A stretch of DNA of 64,000 bases, taken from positions 3,194 through 67,193 of IMG/VR virus record IMGVR_UViG_3300050821_005436; one strand, 5' to 3'. Under the pieces are notes generated by a model. It ran no database searches. It worked only from the letters and a program-made list of their open reading frames with translations, and was not told the origin of the DNA. The position numbers were made by a program, and so were the translations under genes. How positions within the stretch are numbered: the stretch's first letter is position 1; each line of letters begins with the position of its first letter. Below, one piece after another: positions 18,453 through 27,330 of the stretch. The stretch comes from a virus.

Positions 18453-19273
18453 AATATTTTCCTTTTTTGCATTTCTTCTACTAACCATTTTCCTATAACT
18501 TTGTGTGAATCACAATTTACATGCAAGCCAGGCAGATAAAAATTTTTGTTACCATAATAATCTTCTAGCTTATAAACCATTGCTATAGGCATACAATACT
18601 TATCATCAAAAAATACATCATGCATAAATGACATATCCAAATTTGATTCGCCTATCTTGTGTTGATTATCCCACATGATAAAGTGCAGAAAATCTATATT
18701 ATTATCGATGCAATATTTTTGCACCATTGCACTCTGCATATAATAATCAAAATGTATTTGTTCTACTTTAGAATACTTCAAATAGATATCTTTGATTTCA
18801 TATGCTTCTAACTCATCATAATAATATCGTTCTAGCAAAGGCAACACATAACTTTTCAGCCCATTGATAGGTCTATTATAGACTCGATTTGGGTCTCTGT
18901 CTTTTATCCAAATCCTGTCAGGACTAGTATCTTGCATGATACAAATGATTTTTTCAGTAGGATAATTTTTCTTCACTTCATCCAAAGTAATTAACGTTTT
19001 TTGCGCTATCTCTTGTTGTGATGCGCCACCCATTCCTACATTTATTACTTCGCATTCTAATATATTTTTTAATGTTCCGCTGTAAGACAGATTGCGGGCC
19101 TTTTCATCAATATTACTGTGTGCGCCTTTGTTGCCAGGTGGTTTATTAAAAAAATCCTCTGATATTTTCGTTCCTTCTTCGTAGGTTTTTGCTTGACTGT
19201 AGAAGGGGATAGTTTTTTCTTCCCAAAGTTCAGCACCATGTGTAAATGAACATCCAGAGCAAACAATAATCAC
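18449..19273 (-). CDS. SGNH/GDSL-like hydrolase/acyltransferase paralog
   Basis: GCSFTHG, NVGMGGAS, C-terminal LPGLHVN. Confidence 0.7.
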   Translation of the reverse strand: MIIVCSGCSFTHGAELWEEKTIPFYSQAKTYEEGTKISEDFFNKPPGNKGAHSNIDEKARNLSYSGTLKNILECEVINVGMGGASQQEIAQKTLITLDEVKKNYPTEKIICIMQDTSPDRIWIKDRDPNRVYNRPINGLKSYVLPLLERYYYDELEAYEIKDIYLKYSKVEQIHFDYYMQSAMVQKYCIDNNIDFLHFIMWDNQHKIGESNLDMSFMHDVFFDDKYCMPIAMVYKLEDYYGNKNFYLPGLHVNCDSHKVIGKWLVEEMQKRKIL

Positions 19274-20046
19274 ACTAAACCCCTGATTTTTAACTCTTCA
19301 AATAGCAACTTTGCAATTATTTTTTGTGCTTCGCAATTCACATGTAATCCAGGCAATACAAAATTATTATGTTGATAGTATTCTACTAGCATATTCGTCA
19401 TATTATCTTTTACAGTGTGATTAGGATCAAAATATATTTTTTCGATCATTGATAGTTCCACAGTCTTATTCCATTGGTCATCGCGTTTCCAATTTCGGAA
19501 CATTTGAAAATGCAAAAAATCTATATCATTATTAATACAGAAATTTTTAACTGCAAGTCCTTGAAGGTAATATTCAGATAACAGCATTTCAGTTGGTTGT
19601 TTAGTCAGATAAATATGTTTTATTTCATATCCGTCTATTTTGTTTCCAGGAAAAAAGGTTTCTGCTCCCGATACAATAACATTAAGATTTTTTTCAAACT
19701 CATCACACCAAAGCCACACACGTTCAAGTTGTGTATCTTGCATAATGCACACAATTTTCTCATAAGGGAACTCATTTCTAATTTTATTCAATTTGTTTAT
19801 AGTTTTTTGTGAGATGGCGTGCTCTGAACAGCCATCTTCTCCTATATTAAATGATCTACAATTTAATTTTTGTGCTAATGCATAAGGCCAGGTTAGTTGT
19901 AACCTTGCTTCCTCATTGTCTAATGTTTTTACTTTTGCATCAAGTGCTTCTTCTTTAGTTTTCAATTCAGTATAACCAGGAACGTTCTTTTCTTCCCAAA
20001 GTTCCATACCATGCGTAAATGAATCACCTGAACAAACTAGTATCAT
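19270..20046 (-). CDS. SGNH/GDSL-like paralog
   Basis: GDSFTHG, TWPYALA, NIGEDGCS, LPGLHVN; GAGGA SD. Confidence 0.7.
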   Translation of the reverse strand: MILVCSGDSFTHGMELWEEKNVPGYTELKTKEEALDAKVKTLDNEEARLQLTWPYALAQKLNCRSFNIGEDGCSEHAISQKTINKLNKIRNEFPYEKIVCIMQDTQLERVWLWCDEFEKNLNVIVSGAETFFPGNKIDGYEIKHIYLTKQPTEMLLSEYYLQGLAVKNFCINNDIDFLHFQMFRNWKRDDQWNKTVELSMIEKIYFDPNHTVKDNMTNMLVEYYQHNNFVLPGLHVNCEAQKIIAKLLFEELKIRGLV

Positions 20047-20062
20047 AATTTTCCTCTACTAT

Positions 20063-20070
20063 TATTTATA
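20063..20070 (-). promoter_or_regulatory. Late promoter, full T4 consensus TATAAATA
   Basis: TATTTATA on + strand, 16 nt upstream of the ATG at 20046. Confidence 0.75.
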
Positions 20071-20107
20071 GAGTAATAGCACGATATAATTCTTATTTCA
20101 CTGACAC

Positions 20108-20113
20108 TAAATA
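20108..20113 (+). promoter_or_regulatory. Late promoter core for the inverted fibre-like gene
   Basis: TAAATA followed by a 10-bp RNA hairpin (20120-20142) and an AAGGAG SD (20182-20187). Confidence 0.6.
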
Positions 20114-20193
20114 TTAATCCATACTTGCACAATGTAGGTATGTAATGATATTGAAGAAATCAAAAGTTTTACTAACATATAAAGGAGAAAATT

Positions 20194-20973
20194 ATGACAA
20201 CTTCAAACCTTTCCACAACGCTGACAGCGATTCTGCCATCAGCAACCTCTACCACTCTTGGTGGTGTCTTAGTAGATTCAACTTCATCTGGCTTACTTGC
20301 TATGTCTGATGGACATATTGCTGTGAAATACAGTACTGGTCTTCAGATTGATAGTACAGGTCACTTACATGTTGATTCAACACAATTTTTAACTACATCT
20401 GATGCATTTGCTGAATATGCACAAATATCATCTTTGTCTAATTATTTGCCAGTTACTGGCGGTATTGTATATGGGCCAACACAAATTGATAGTACTGGAT
20501 CTCTTCATCCTGGTAATATTCAATTCAATGTTGACGGTACTGGTGCATTTTTAGAATTCAACGTTGGTGTGAGCGGAGTTAATGGTGGCATCGTATTTTC
20601 AGATGGCTCTACACAAACCACTGCATTTACAGTCCAAAAATTACTCAATATTACAGACTGGGTGAGTAACTCACAAACCGGTGTATGGACTGGTTCGCCC
20701 TCTAGCATTACTCTTGGTCCAGACAATAATTGTGAAATTATTCAATTATCATCTTATCCAACTACTCTTAACGTAATTTTCCCTACGCCAGCAAACGATG
20801 GACAGTTCTTCGAACTAGTCATTATTGGCGGTAGCGGCGGATATGCATTCAGTGGATTGGGAATTGATGGTGTAACTTCTGTCACAATCCTCAATGACAT
20901 TGGATCTACTGCATATGAGAAAGGCGGATTCAGATACAAAACTAGTACTAATACTTGGTATCAAGTTTCGTAA
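20194..20973 (+). CDS. Short fibre/decoration-like virion protein
   Basis: LPSATSTTLGGV and GIVFSDGSTQTTA fibre motifs; C-terminus (FPTPANDGQFFEL...RYKTSTNTWY) resembles the C-terminus of 1975..4470 (FPTPLADGHTFEL...RYVASTTTWY). Confidence 0.65.
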   Translation: MTTSNLSTTLTAILPSATSTTLGGVLVDSTSSGLLAMSDGHIAVKYSTGLQIDSTGHLHVDSTQFLTTSDAFAEYAQISSLSNYLPVTGGIVYGPTQIDSTGSLHPGNIQFNVDGTGAFLEFNVGVSGVNGGIVFSDGSTQTTAFTVQKLLNITDWVSNSQTGVWTGSPSSITLGPDNNCEIIQLSSYPTTLNVIFPTPANDGQFFELVIIGGSGGYAFSGLGIDGVTSVTILNDIGSTAYEKGGFRYKTSTNTWYQVS

Positions 20974-21695
20974 GTAATAAAAACGGGACATAATGTCCCG
21001 TTTTTCATTTTATCAATCAACCACTCTGCTATATGTTTATGTGCTTCACAATTTAAATGCCCGCTCGGAAGCAAAACCTCTGTTGTACCCAATTTATCAT
21101 AAAACCAATTTATTGACAAATCATTTTGTATTTCTTCTTGTTGTAATAGCTTAAATTCTAAGAAATCTATATTTAGAATGTTACATACATATTTTACTGC
21201 TAATATTTGCAAATAATAATTATCTTCTAAGATCCTCTCATCAATAAAATCTATACAAACATTTTGTATTTCGTATGCTTCCAATTTATCTCCGTGGTGT
21301 GTTTCTATAATTGACGGGATAATAATACTGAAATTTTTATTATAGATATTATTATACAACCATAATCTATATTTTTCAGTCATCTGATGTATGCACAATA
21401 TAGATTCATTAGGATTATTTTTTCTAATCTTGTTTAATGCCACACATAAATTTTGCAATATTTCTAGTTGAGAAGCACCACTAATGCCTAGGTTTAAAAC
21501 TTCACAGCATAATATATTTTTCAAATGACCAGAATAAGTTAAATCTCGTCGTTCTAAATCATTGTCGTTAGAAATTGACCGTATTATTTTGTATGCCTCA
21601 TATGGATCAGTAATTAATGTATAACCAGGAACATTCTTTTCTTCCCAAAGTTCTGCTCCAGCAGTAAATGAGTCTCCAGCACAAACAATAATCAT
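20961..21695 (-). CDS. SGNH/GDSL-like paralog
   Basis: GDSFTAG, NLGISGAS, LPSGHLN. Confidence 0.7.
   Translation of the reverse strand: MIIVCAGDSFTAGAELWEEKNVPGYTLITDPYEAYKIIRSISNDNDLERRDLTYSGHLKNILCCEVLNLGISGASQLEILQNLCVALNKIRKNNPNESILCIHQMTEKYRLWLYNNIYNKNFSIIIPSIIETHHGDKLEAYEIQNVCIDFIDERILEDNYYLQILAVKYVCNILNIDFLEFKLLQQEEIQNDLSINWFYDKLGTTEVLLPSGHLNCEAHKHIAEWLIDKMKNGTLCPVFITYET
20979..21005. terminator. Bidirectional rho-independent terminator
   Basis: AAAAACGGGACA-TAA-TGTCCCGTTTTT, a perfect 12-bp inverted repeat between convergent genes. Confidence 0.85.
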
Positions 21696-22465
21696 AAAAA
21701 TTTATCCTCGACATACTCAATCAAATCATTTGCAATTATCTCATGATATTGACCTTTCAAATGCCAAGAAGGTAACACTGCATCCTTCTCTTTTATTCGA
21801 TAGTAATCATATGCTCTCTGTAATGCGCCCATCGGAAAAATATCAACGGTTTTCATATACTCAGACTTCATTGCACGTATTTTTTCAGACATATCAAATC
21901 TGTATGTGTATGCATGATTATAAAAAGAAAAATTTAAGAATGATATGTTAAGTTTCTTGAAGAAGTCTCGTATAATAAATGCTTGAGAATAAAATTGTGT
22001 CGCCAATGTTTCTTCATCTATAAATTTCTTAATATAACTTACTAATTCTGAAGTCTCTGGATAGTTGTTCATATGAATGTCAATTTTATCAACATTCAAC
22101 CCCTCTAATTGATATTTTTGGCTACTGCAAAAAGTCATTCTATTTCTGAACGTGTCTTGGGTGACGCAGATAATTTTTTCGTTTGGATATTCCATCCTAA
22201 TTCTAACAAAATTGTTGAACATGTTTTCGGTGATCATTTGTTGTGATGCGCCACCTTTCCCAAAATTGTGTATTGACCAATCTGTTCTCATTTCCTTCAT
22301 GAATCCAGTATAAGTTAGATCCTTTCTAAGAACATCAGTAGTTGGATTATACACCATACTACTTCTAGCAATGTCAGGTGTCATTAAGCAATATCCTGGC
22401 ACATTTTGTTCTTCCCACAATTCAGTTCCATCCGTATATGAATCACCAACACAAATAACGATCAT
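21692..22465 (-). CDS. SGNH/GDSL-like paralog
   Basis: GDSYTDG, NFGKGGAS, LPSWHLK; GAGGA SD. Confidence 0.7.
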   Translation of the reverse strand: MIVICVGDSYTDGTELWEEQNVPGYCLMTPDIARSSMVYNPTTDVLRKDLTYTGFMKEMRTDWSIHNFGKGGASQQMITENMFNNFVRIRMEYPNEKIICVTQDTFRNRMTFCSSQKYQLEGLNVDKIDIHMNNYPETSELVSYIKKFIDEETLATQFYSQAFIIRDFFKKLNISFLNFSFYNHAYTYRFDMSEKIRAMKSEYMKTVDIFPMGALQRAYDYYRIKEKDAVLPSWHLKGQYHEIIANDLIEYVEDKFL

Positions 22466-22483
22466 TTTATCTTCCTCATGAAT

Positions 22484-22497
22484 TATTTACGTAAATA
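22484..22497. promoter_or_regulatory. Back-to-back late promoters (palindrome TATTTACGTAAATA)
   Basis: Perfect 14-bp palindrome giving TAAATA on both strands between divergent genes. Confidence 0.7.
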
Positions 22498-22502
22498 TTC
22501 GC

Positions 22503-23357
22503 ATGACTACGATTAAAATCACTTTTAATACGCACTACACGTTAGATTTTACATTAACTGAATCTGAGATATCAGAGCGATGGCTCACTGTGTTAAAAGA
22601 TGCTATCAAAAATTACAGTATAGATGATCCAATGAGATTCTATGGCTTTTCTTCCAATGCTGATATTGCACTCCAAAAAATAAACACAACAATAGATACG
22701 ATAAACAACCATAAACCGTTAATTGATAGAAACGTGTTATCAGTTCATGATTATGATACTCTGAATTACTTGCACAGCATTTTTGAAAAACACCATGGAC
22801 TATCAGATGCGCAAACAAATGAATTCAAAAGTATGCCAGAAGAATACCAGAAAGCATTGTGCCAATTGAACATAGATGTTCATAGATGCGAGTCTGTCCT
22901 CAGAGGTAACAAACCCAGGGTCGTCGTAACGTATTTTGAGCAACCAAAGACAGAAAAATTCAATGATGCTGATTTTGATTTGATGACTAATCGATATGAA
23001 TTCGGAACTGTTTATCTTAATTATGTGAATATCGGAAAAACTTTAGAAGATTTAGCACAAGACAATGATGAATATATCAGTAGAGAAGCATTCAAGCCAT
23101 TCATAAATTTTAGTTCTGATTTCAATATCAAATTTTGGGACACTGATGTTCCAAAAGCAAAGATAGTAGAAAAAATGATGGACGAATATTACATTGAGCA
23201 TCAAGAATTTTTCAATTCGTTGGGCTATGAAAGAAATCATCCGTATTTAAAACCAGGCTCAATTCCTGTAGCAAAATTGTCTAGCAGTGAAGATCGTGAA
23301 TCTATCATTAACAACATAAAGAACAATCAACTCATTACAAAGATATTAATAGAATGA
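22503..23357 (+). CDS. Hypothetical protein (284 aa) coupled to a radical SAM gene
   Basis: Long ORF with ATGA overlap to the downstream gene; His motifs LNYLHSIFE and LNIDVHRCE. Confidence 0.7.
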   Translation: MTTIKITFNTHYTLDFTLTESEISERWLTVLKDAIKNYSIDDPMRFYGFSSNADIALQKINTTIDTINNHKPLIDRNVLSVHDYDTLNYLHSIFEKHHGLSDAQTNEFKSMPEEYQKALCQLNIDVHRCESVLRGNKPRVVVTYFEQPKTEKFNDADFDLMTNRYEFGTVYLNYVNIGKTLEDLAQDNDEYISREAFKPFINFSSDFNIKFWDTDVPKAKIVEKMMDEYYIEHQEFFNSLGYERNHPYLKPGSIPVAKLSSSEDRESIINNIKNNQLITKILIE

Positions 23358-24307
23358 AACGAATCATAGAAATTTTCTCAGAAAAGCCAAACACATTTCA
23401 TATTGATTTTTTGATCAACAATATTTGCCAAAATTCTTGCTGGTATTGTGAGCCAAATCTATACAATGGTTCTAATCATCATTTCGAAGATGAAGAATTA
23501 TTTGCATTCATTGATAATCTGAATTCGAATCTAAAAGATAAAAAAGTTCATATCGCATTTAGTGGTGGCGAGCCAACTCTCTATCCCAAATTTATAGAGT
23601 TAGTTCAACGAATGAAATCCTTAGGATGGACAGTAGGACTTACTTCAAATGGACAAAGAACTGCTAGATACTTTTCTGAACTCGCACCACACTGTGCATA
23701 TATTGCAATGTCGTATCATTCAGAATTTGCTAAAGAGGATTGGATGAATACTGCGTTAGCTGCTGCTGAACATACACAAGTGCTCGTGCGTGTTATGATG
23801 GATCCATATAATTGGGATCATTGCTATGCTAAGTTTAATGAGTTTGCTGCAAATCCCAATTTAGCTGTTGAAGCTGTCAGATTATATAGACATGAAGGTA
23901 TGAGTCTAGGGGCAGACGGGAAGGATGTGGGTTATATTGATGAACAAGACGCATGGTTAAACAGCGTATCAAGAGTAGAACGTAAGAATTGGATTCAAAC
24001 CGAAGTCAATACAACTGATGCATTCGCCAAGTTCAATGATAGTGAATTCAAAAAGATCAATACGATTGATTTAGTTAATTCAAAGCAGAATTCATTTGTA
24101 GGATTTGAATGTGATATCGGTAAAGCGAGTTTGTTTATAAATTATGATGGCCAAGTGAAGCGGGGGAATTGCTTCAATGATGGATGGGAGGGAAGATTTA
24201 ATGAAGTGGATTTAGAAAAACTCTTATCCACTTCTACCAAATGTCGGACGCCATTCTGTTATTGCGGGATTGACGTTACTGTCCCTAAGAGAAAATTACC
24301 TAAATAA
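23354..24307 (+). CDS. Radical SAM enzyme with C-terminal SPASM/Twitch-like Cys domain
   Basis: CQNSCWYC, SGGEPTL, TSNG; C-terminal C..G...GNC...C..PFCYC. Confidence 0.9.
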   Translation: MKRIIEIFSEKPNTFHIDFLINNICQNSCWYCEPNLYNGSNHHFEDEELFAFIDNLNSNLKDKKVHIAFSGGEPTLYPKFIELVQRMKSLGWTVGLTSNGQRTARYFSELAPHCAYIAMSYHSEFAKEDWMNTALAAAEHTQVLVRVMMDPYNWDHCYAKFNEFAANPNLAVEAVRLYRHEGMSLGADGKDVGYIDEQDAWLNSVSRVERKNWIQTEVNTTDAFAKFNDSEFKKINTIDLVNSKQNSFVGFECDIGKASLFINYDGQVKRGNCFNDGWEGRFNEVDLEKLLSTSTKCRTPFCYCGIDVTVPKRKLPK

Positions 24308-25456
24308 TTTATGATTTGTTCCGCGCGTTTCATCTAATCCATTCAACACCTCTTTCATTTTCTTACGTTCAGTATAGTCAGGTTTATTGTTTTCTAACCA
24401 AGAATTCACAGTAGAAACAATCTGTTGATTATCAATCTTTGTGATACTTTCTTTAACTTGCTCTTGCTCTTGCTCCGTTAATGCTGAGGCAGAATAATAA
24501 GATGGTGAATAGACTGGATTCACATGCATATCTAAATTATAGTTTTTTAACCAATTATACATGCATGGAACTTCTACATAATTGATTGCTGATAGTGTTT
24601 GACACACCATGTAATATACATTGTCAGGCTTATTCGCAATGAACCATTCTAAGTTAGCAACGATGTTTTCAAATTTAGAACCCCATCGCAAATAATCATT
24701 AAATTCACCTAGTGCATCAATACTGAATTGCACAACTACGCGCTTAAACTGACTCCAAAGTTCAATAAATTCTTCATCTTTGATCGTTAAATTGATACTG
24801 TATTCAATATGAATGTTCTTAGCAACTCCCATATCAATAAGTTTTTGAAGCAATACCTTGTGTTGCTTGATTAGAAGTGGTTCTCCACCATTGATATAAA
24901 TTTTCTGAACATGTTTGCTTATAGCTGCTAGATTTTCGTAAAATTCTTCGCTTTCGAACCAACGAGTTTGCTTAGAATTTTCAAAAGCTTTGAACCATTC
25001 AATTTTCTTTGTAAGAAACTGTTCATCCTTACTCCACTTAGAACTAGATATGCTGTTACACGTAATGCAGGCCAGGTTACACGTATTACCCAACCGTAAC
25101 TCGATGAATTGTAAAGGTGAATCAATGCTACCATCCACATACGTAAATGTGTCATCTTCTTTCCAGTTATATAAATGATTTTCTAACTGTCTCTTACTTC
25201 TTCCGCCAGATCGCTCTGTTTCATAGCATCTATGGCATTGGGAAGGTTCAATTCCAGCAAGCATATTTAGACGAACTTGTTTAAATGATTCACTGTTGCG
25301 AATTTCATCTAATGTATTTTTACCTAAGAAAAGCATCTGCCCGTTTGTTCTAGCAAATGTATCTGAATTAGAAAAATCACCTTGACAACATACACTTACA
25401 GAACCATTTGGATGTGATGCAAGATGATTCCACATCAATGCACATGATTTAAACAT
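24296..25456 (-). CDS. Radical SAM enzyme with N-terminal Twitch-like domain
   Basis: N-terminal C...CC...CHRC; CNLACITC; NGGEPLL. Confidence 0.9.
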   Translation of the reverse strand: MFKSCALMWNHLASHPNGSVSVCCQGDFSNSDTFARTNGQMLFLGKNTLDEIRNSESFKQVRLNMLAGIEPSQCHRCYETERSGGRSKRQLENHLYNWKEDDTFTYVDGSIDSPLQFIELRLGNTCNLACITCNSISSSKWSKDEQFLTKKIEWFKAFENSKQTRWFESEEFYENLAAISKHVQKIYINGGEPLLIKQHKVLLQKLIDMGVAKNIHIEYSINLTIKDEEFIELWSQFKRVVVQFSIDALGEFNDYLRWGSKFENIVANLEWFIANKPDNVYYMVCQTLSAINYVEVPCMYNWLKNYNLDMHVNPVYSPSYYSASALTEQEQEQVKESITKIDNQQIVSTVNSWLENNKPDYTERKKMKEVLNGLDETRGTNHKLFR

Positions 25457-26738
25457 TTTTCCACCATTCTAACGCATCACCAGTCAATATTGTATTCATA
25501 GATAAAGCTGTTTTCCTATGTTCCTCTAACTTCATATATCGTTCCTTACCCCATTTGATACCTTGTTCATAGTTATCATATTTTTGATCAAACGTCTGAC
25601 GATTCTTCATGTCTTTAAATGTATCTGCATATACTTTTGTATAAGGTGAATTCAAAGTGCTTTCATATGAAATCAAATCATCCAAGATTGGATCTAGAAT
25701 TGCATGCGGAAGACACATCGGGCTCATGATTGCAGAACTTTCAAAATCAAACGTAATCTTAACATAAGATTTTACTTGCAATTCTGCTGCAAGTCTCATT
25801 AAATTTTTCATATCAAACAGACCAGGCAAAGTTATCGTCACATCAATAACCATTCCGTTCATTCCGAACAGATTATTTAAGAACATACCTTCTTTAAAGT
25901 TCTCTAACCATTGCTCCCATTTAAGTCCAGTTCTAATGTATTCTGCAACATCGCCTGTTGCATCCATGCTTGCACATACATTCACCCCCTTAAAGTAAGG
26001 TAACAAATCATATAGATTTCTTACATTGCTTAGATTTGTATTGTATCGCACGATTACATTTTTACTCTGACCAGACTCTACAAGATGATTCATTATCGAC
26101 CAGTGAATAGGATACATAAGTGGCTCTCCACCAACCCAATATATTTCTTCAATACGATTTTCTTTGACTGCATCCCAAAGTTCTTGTTCCAAGACTTGTT
26201 GAAAATTTTCTATCTTCGCTTTGTTATCAGCATTCATCCATTTTTCAGTTTGCGGATTCCAAGTGCCTAGCATTCTTTTTTCACTTTCCCATGCAGAACT
26301 AAGTTCTGGGCCACACATACGACATTTGAAGTTACACAGATTGCTAACACGGTAATCATAGCTCATTGGCTTCAATGAAGTATATCCATTTTCGTCAATA
26401 GAATCAAACGCTTCTTGAATCTTCTGTGAAAACAATGTTTCATTAAAATATTGTTTATATGTATGAAGATTCAAGATATTATCATTGCATATTTCGCACT
26501 GCGAGGGAACTTCACCATTTTTCATTTTCAATCGTATGCTTCGAATGTATTCGCTATTCCACCAATCATCTAGGGGAATAGGATTATAGTCTGAGTGTTT
26601 TGCTTCACCCTTATCAATATACCCTTTAAAGAATTGCGGTTCCTCTCTACTAGCACAACATAATCTGCGCTCTCCTGTAGGATGCGCCATAGTATGCAAT
26701 ACCGAAGCAGTGCAAAATGATTTTGGTATTTGAGACAT
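25449..26738 (-). CDS. Radical SAM enzyme with N-terminal Twitch-like domain
   Basis: FC...LCC...CEIC; CNFKCRMC; GGEPLM; YNTN. Confidence 0.9.
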   Translation of the reverse strand: MSQIPKSFCTASVLHTMAHPTGERRLCCASREEPQFFKGYIDKGEAKHSDYNPIPLDDWWNSEYIRSIRLKMKNGEVPSQCEICNDNILNLHTYKQYFNETLFSQKIQEAFDSIDENGYTSLKPMSYDYRVSNLCNFKCRMCGPELSSAWESEKRMLGTWNPQTEKWMNADNKAKIENFQQVLEQELWDAVKENRIEEIYWVGGEPLMYPIHWSIMNHLVESGQSKNVIVRYNTNLSNVRNLYDLLPYFKGVNVCASMDATGDVAEYIRTGLKWEQWLENFKEGMFLNNLFGMNGMVIDVTITLPGLFDMKNLMRLAAELQVKSYVKITFDFESSAIMSPMCLPHAILDPILDDLISYESTLNSPYTKVYADTFKDMKNRQTFDQKYDNYEQGIKWGKERYMKLEEHRKTALSMNTILTGDALEWWKNV

Positions 26739-27031
26739 TATAAGTGTTTAATTATGAATTCTAGTGCTTCTTTTTCGCAATCGAAGACTAAAATAATTCT
26801 TGAGTAAAGGGATGTTCCAGCAAATCCCTGAGGATAAATTGGTGTTTCTAATTCTAATTTTGATCTTACAGATTTTCCTTGAAGGAAATTTGATTGTGCA
26901 GTAGTTAGCCACATGCGAGTTTCGAAACATAATGAATCATTTTCTACTGTTTTCATTTCAGTATATGCTCCTGGCCATGAGGCGTCTAAATTGATTCTAT
27001 TCCAGGATTTCAAAACTACTTCAGTTGCCAT
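26738..27031 (-). CDS. Small hypothetical protein (F-x-x-x-x-[DE]A-x-x-F family)
   Basis: C-terminal LVFDCEKEALEFIIK; coupled on both sides. Confidence 0.65.
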   Translation of the reverse strand: MATEVVLKSWNRINLDASWPGAYTEMKTVENDSLCFETRMWLTTAQSNFLQGKSVRSKLELETPIYPQGFAGTSLYSRIILVFDCEKEALEFIIKHL

Positions 27032-27330
27032 TAATTCGCCATTCTATTGTTGTATCTTAAACTAAATTCAAACGCATCCTGGTCAGTATCAAATTCTATA
27101 TAATAATGTATAGAATACTTTTGGCCAGGCCATTCAGTGTGAGTCTGTTTTACAATTGTCTCTCTAATTATCCTATATGATTTTTGTTTTAACCAATCGA
27201 GAGACAATATTTCCTTATACAGAGAAAATGGATTCTTCTCTATTTCTTTTTTATCATAAACAACTTTCCCAACTTCCATCGTCCTCAAGAAGTTTGGTTC
27301 AATTTTTTCGAGTAATACTCTGCTTGTCAT
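27031..27330 (-). CDS. Small hypothetical protein (same C-terminal motif)
   Basis: IEFDTDQDAFEFSLRY. Confidence 0.65.
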   Translation of the reverse strand: MTSRVLLEKIEPNFLRTMEVGKVVYDKKEIEKNPFSLYKEILSLDWLKQKSYRIIRETIVKQTHTEWPGQKYSIHYYIEFDTDQDAFEFSLRYNNRMAN

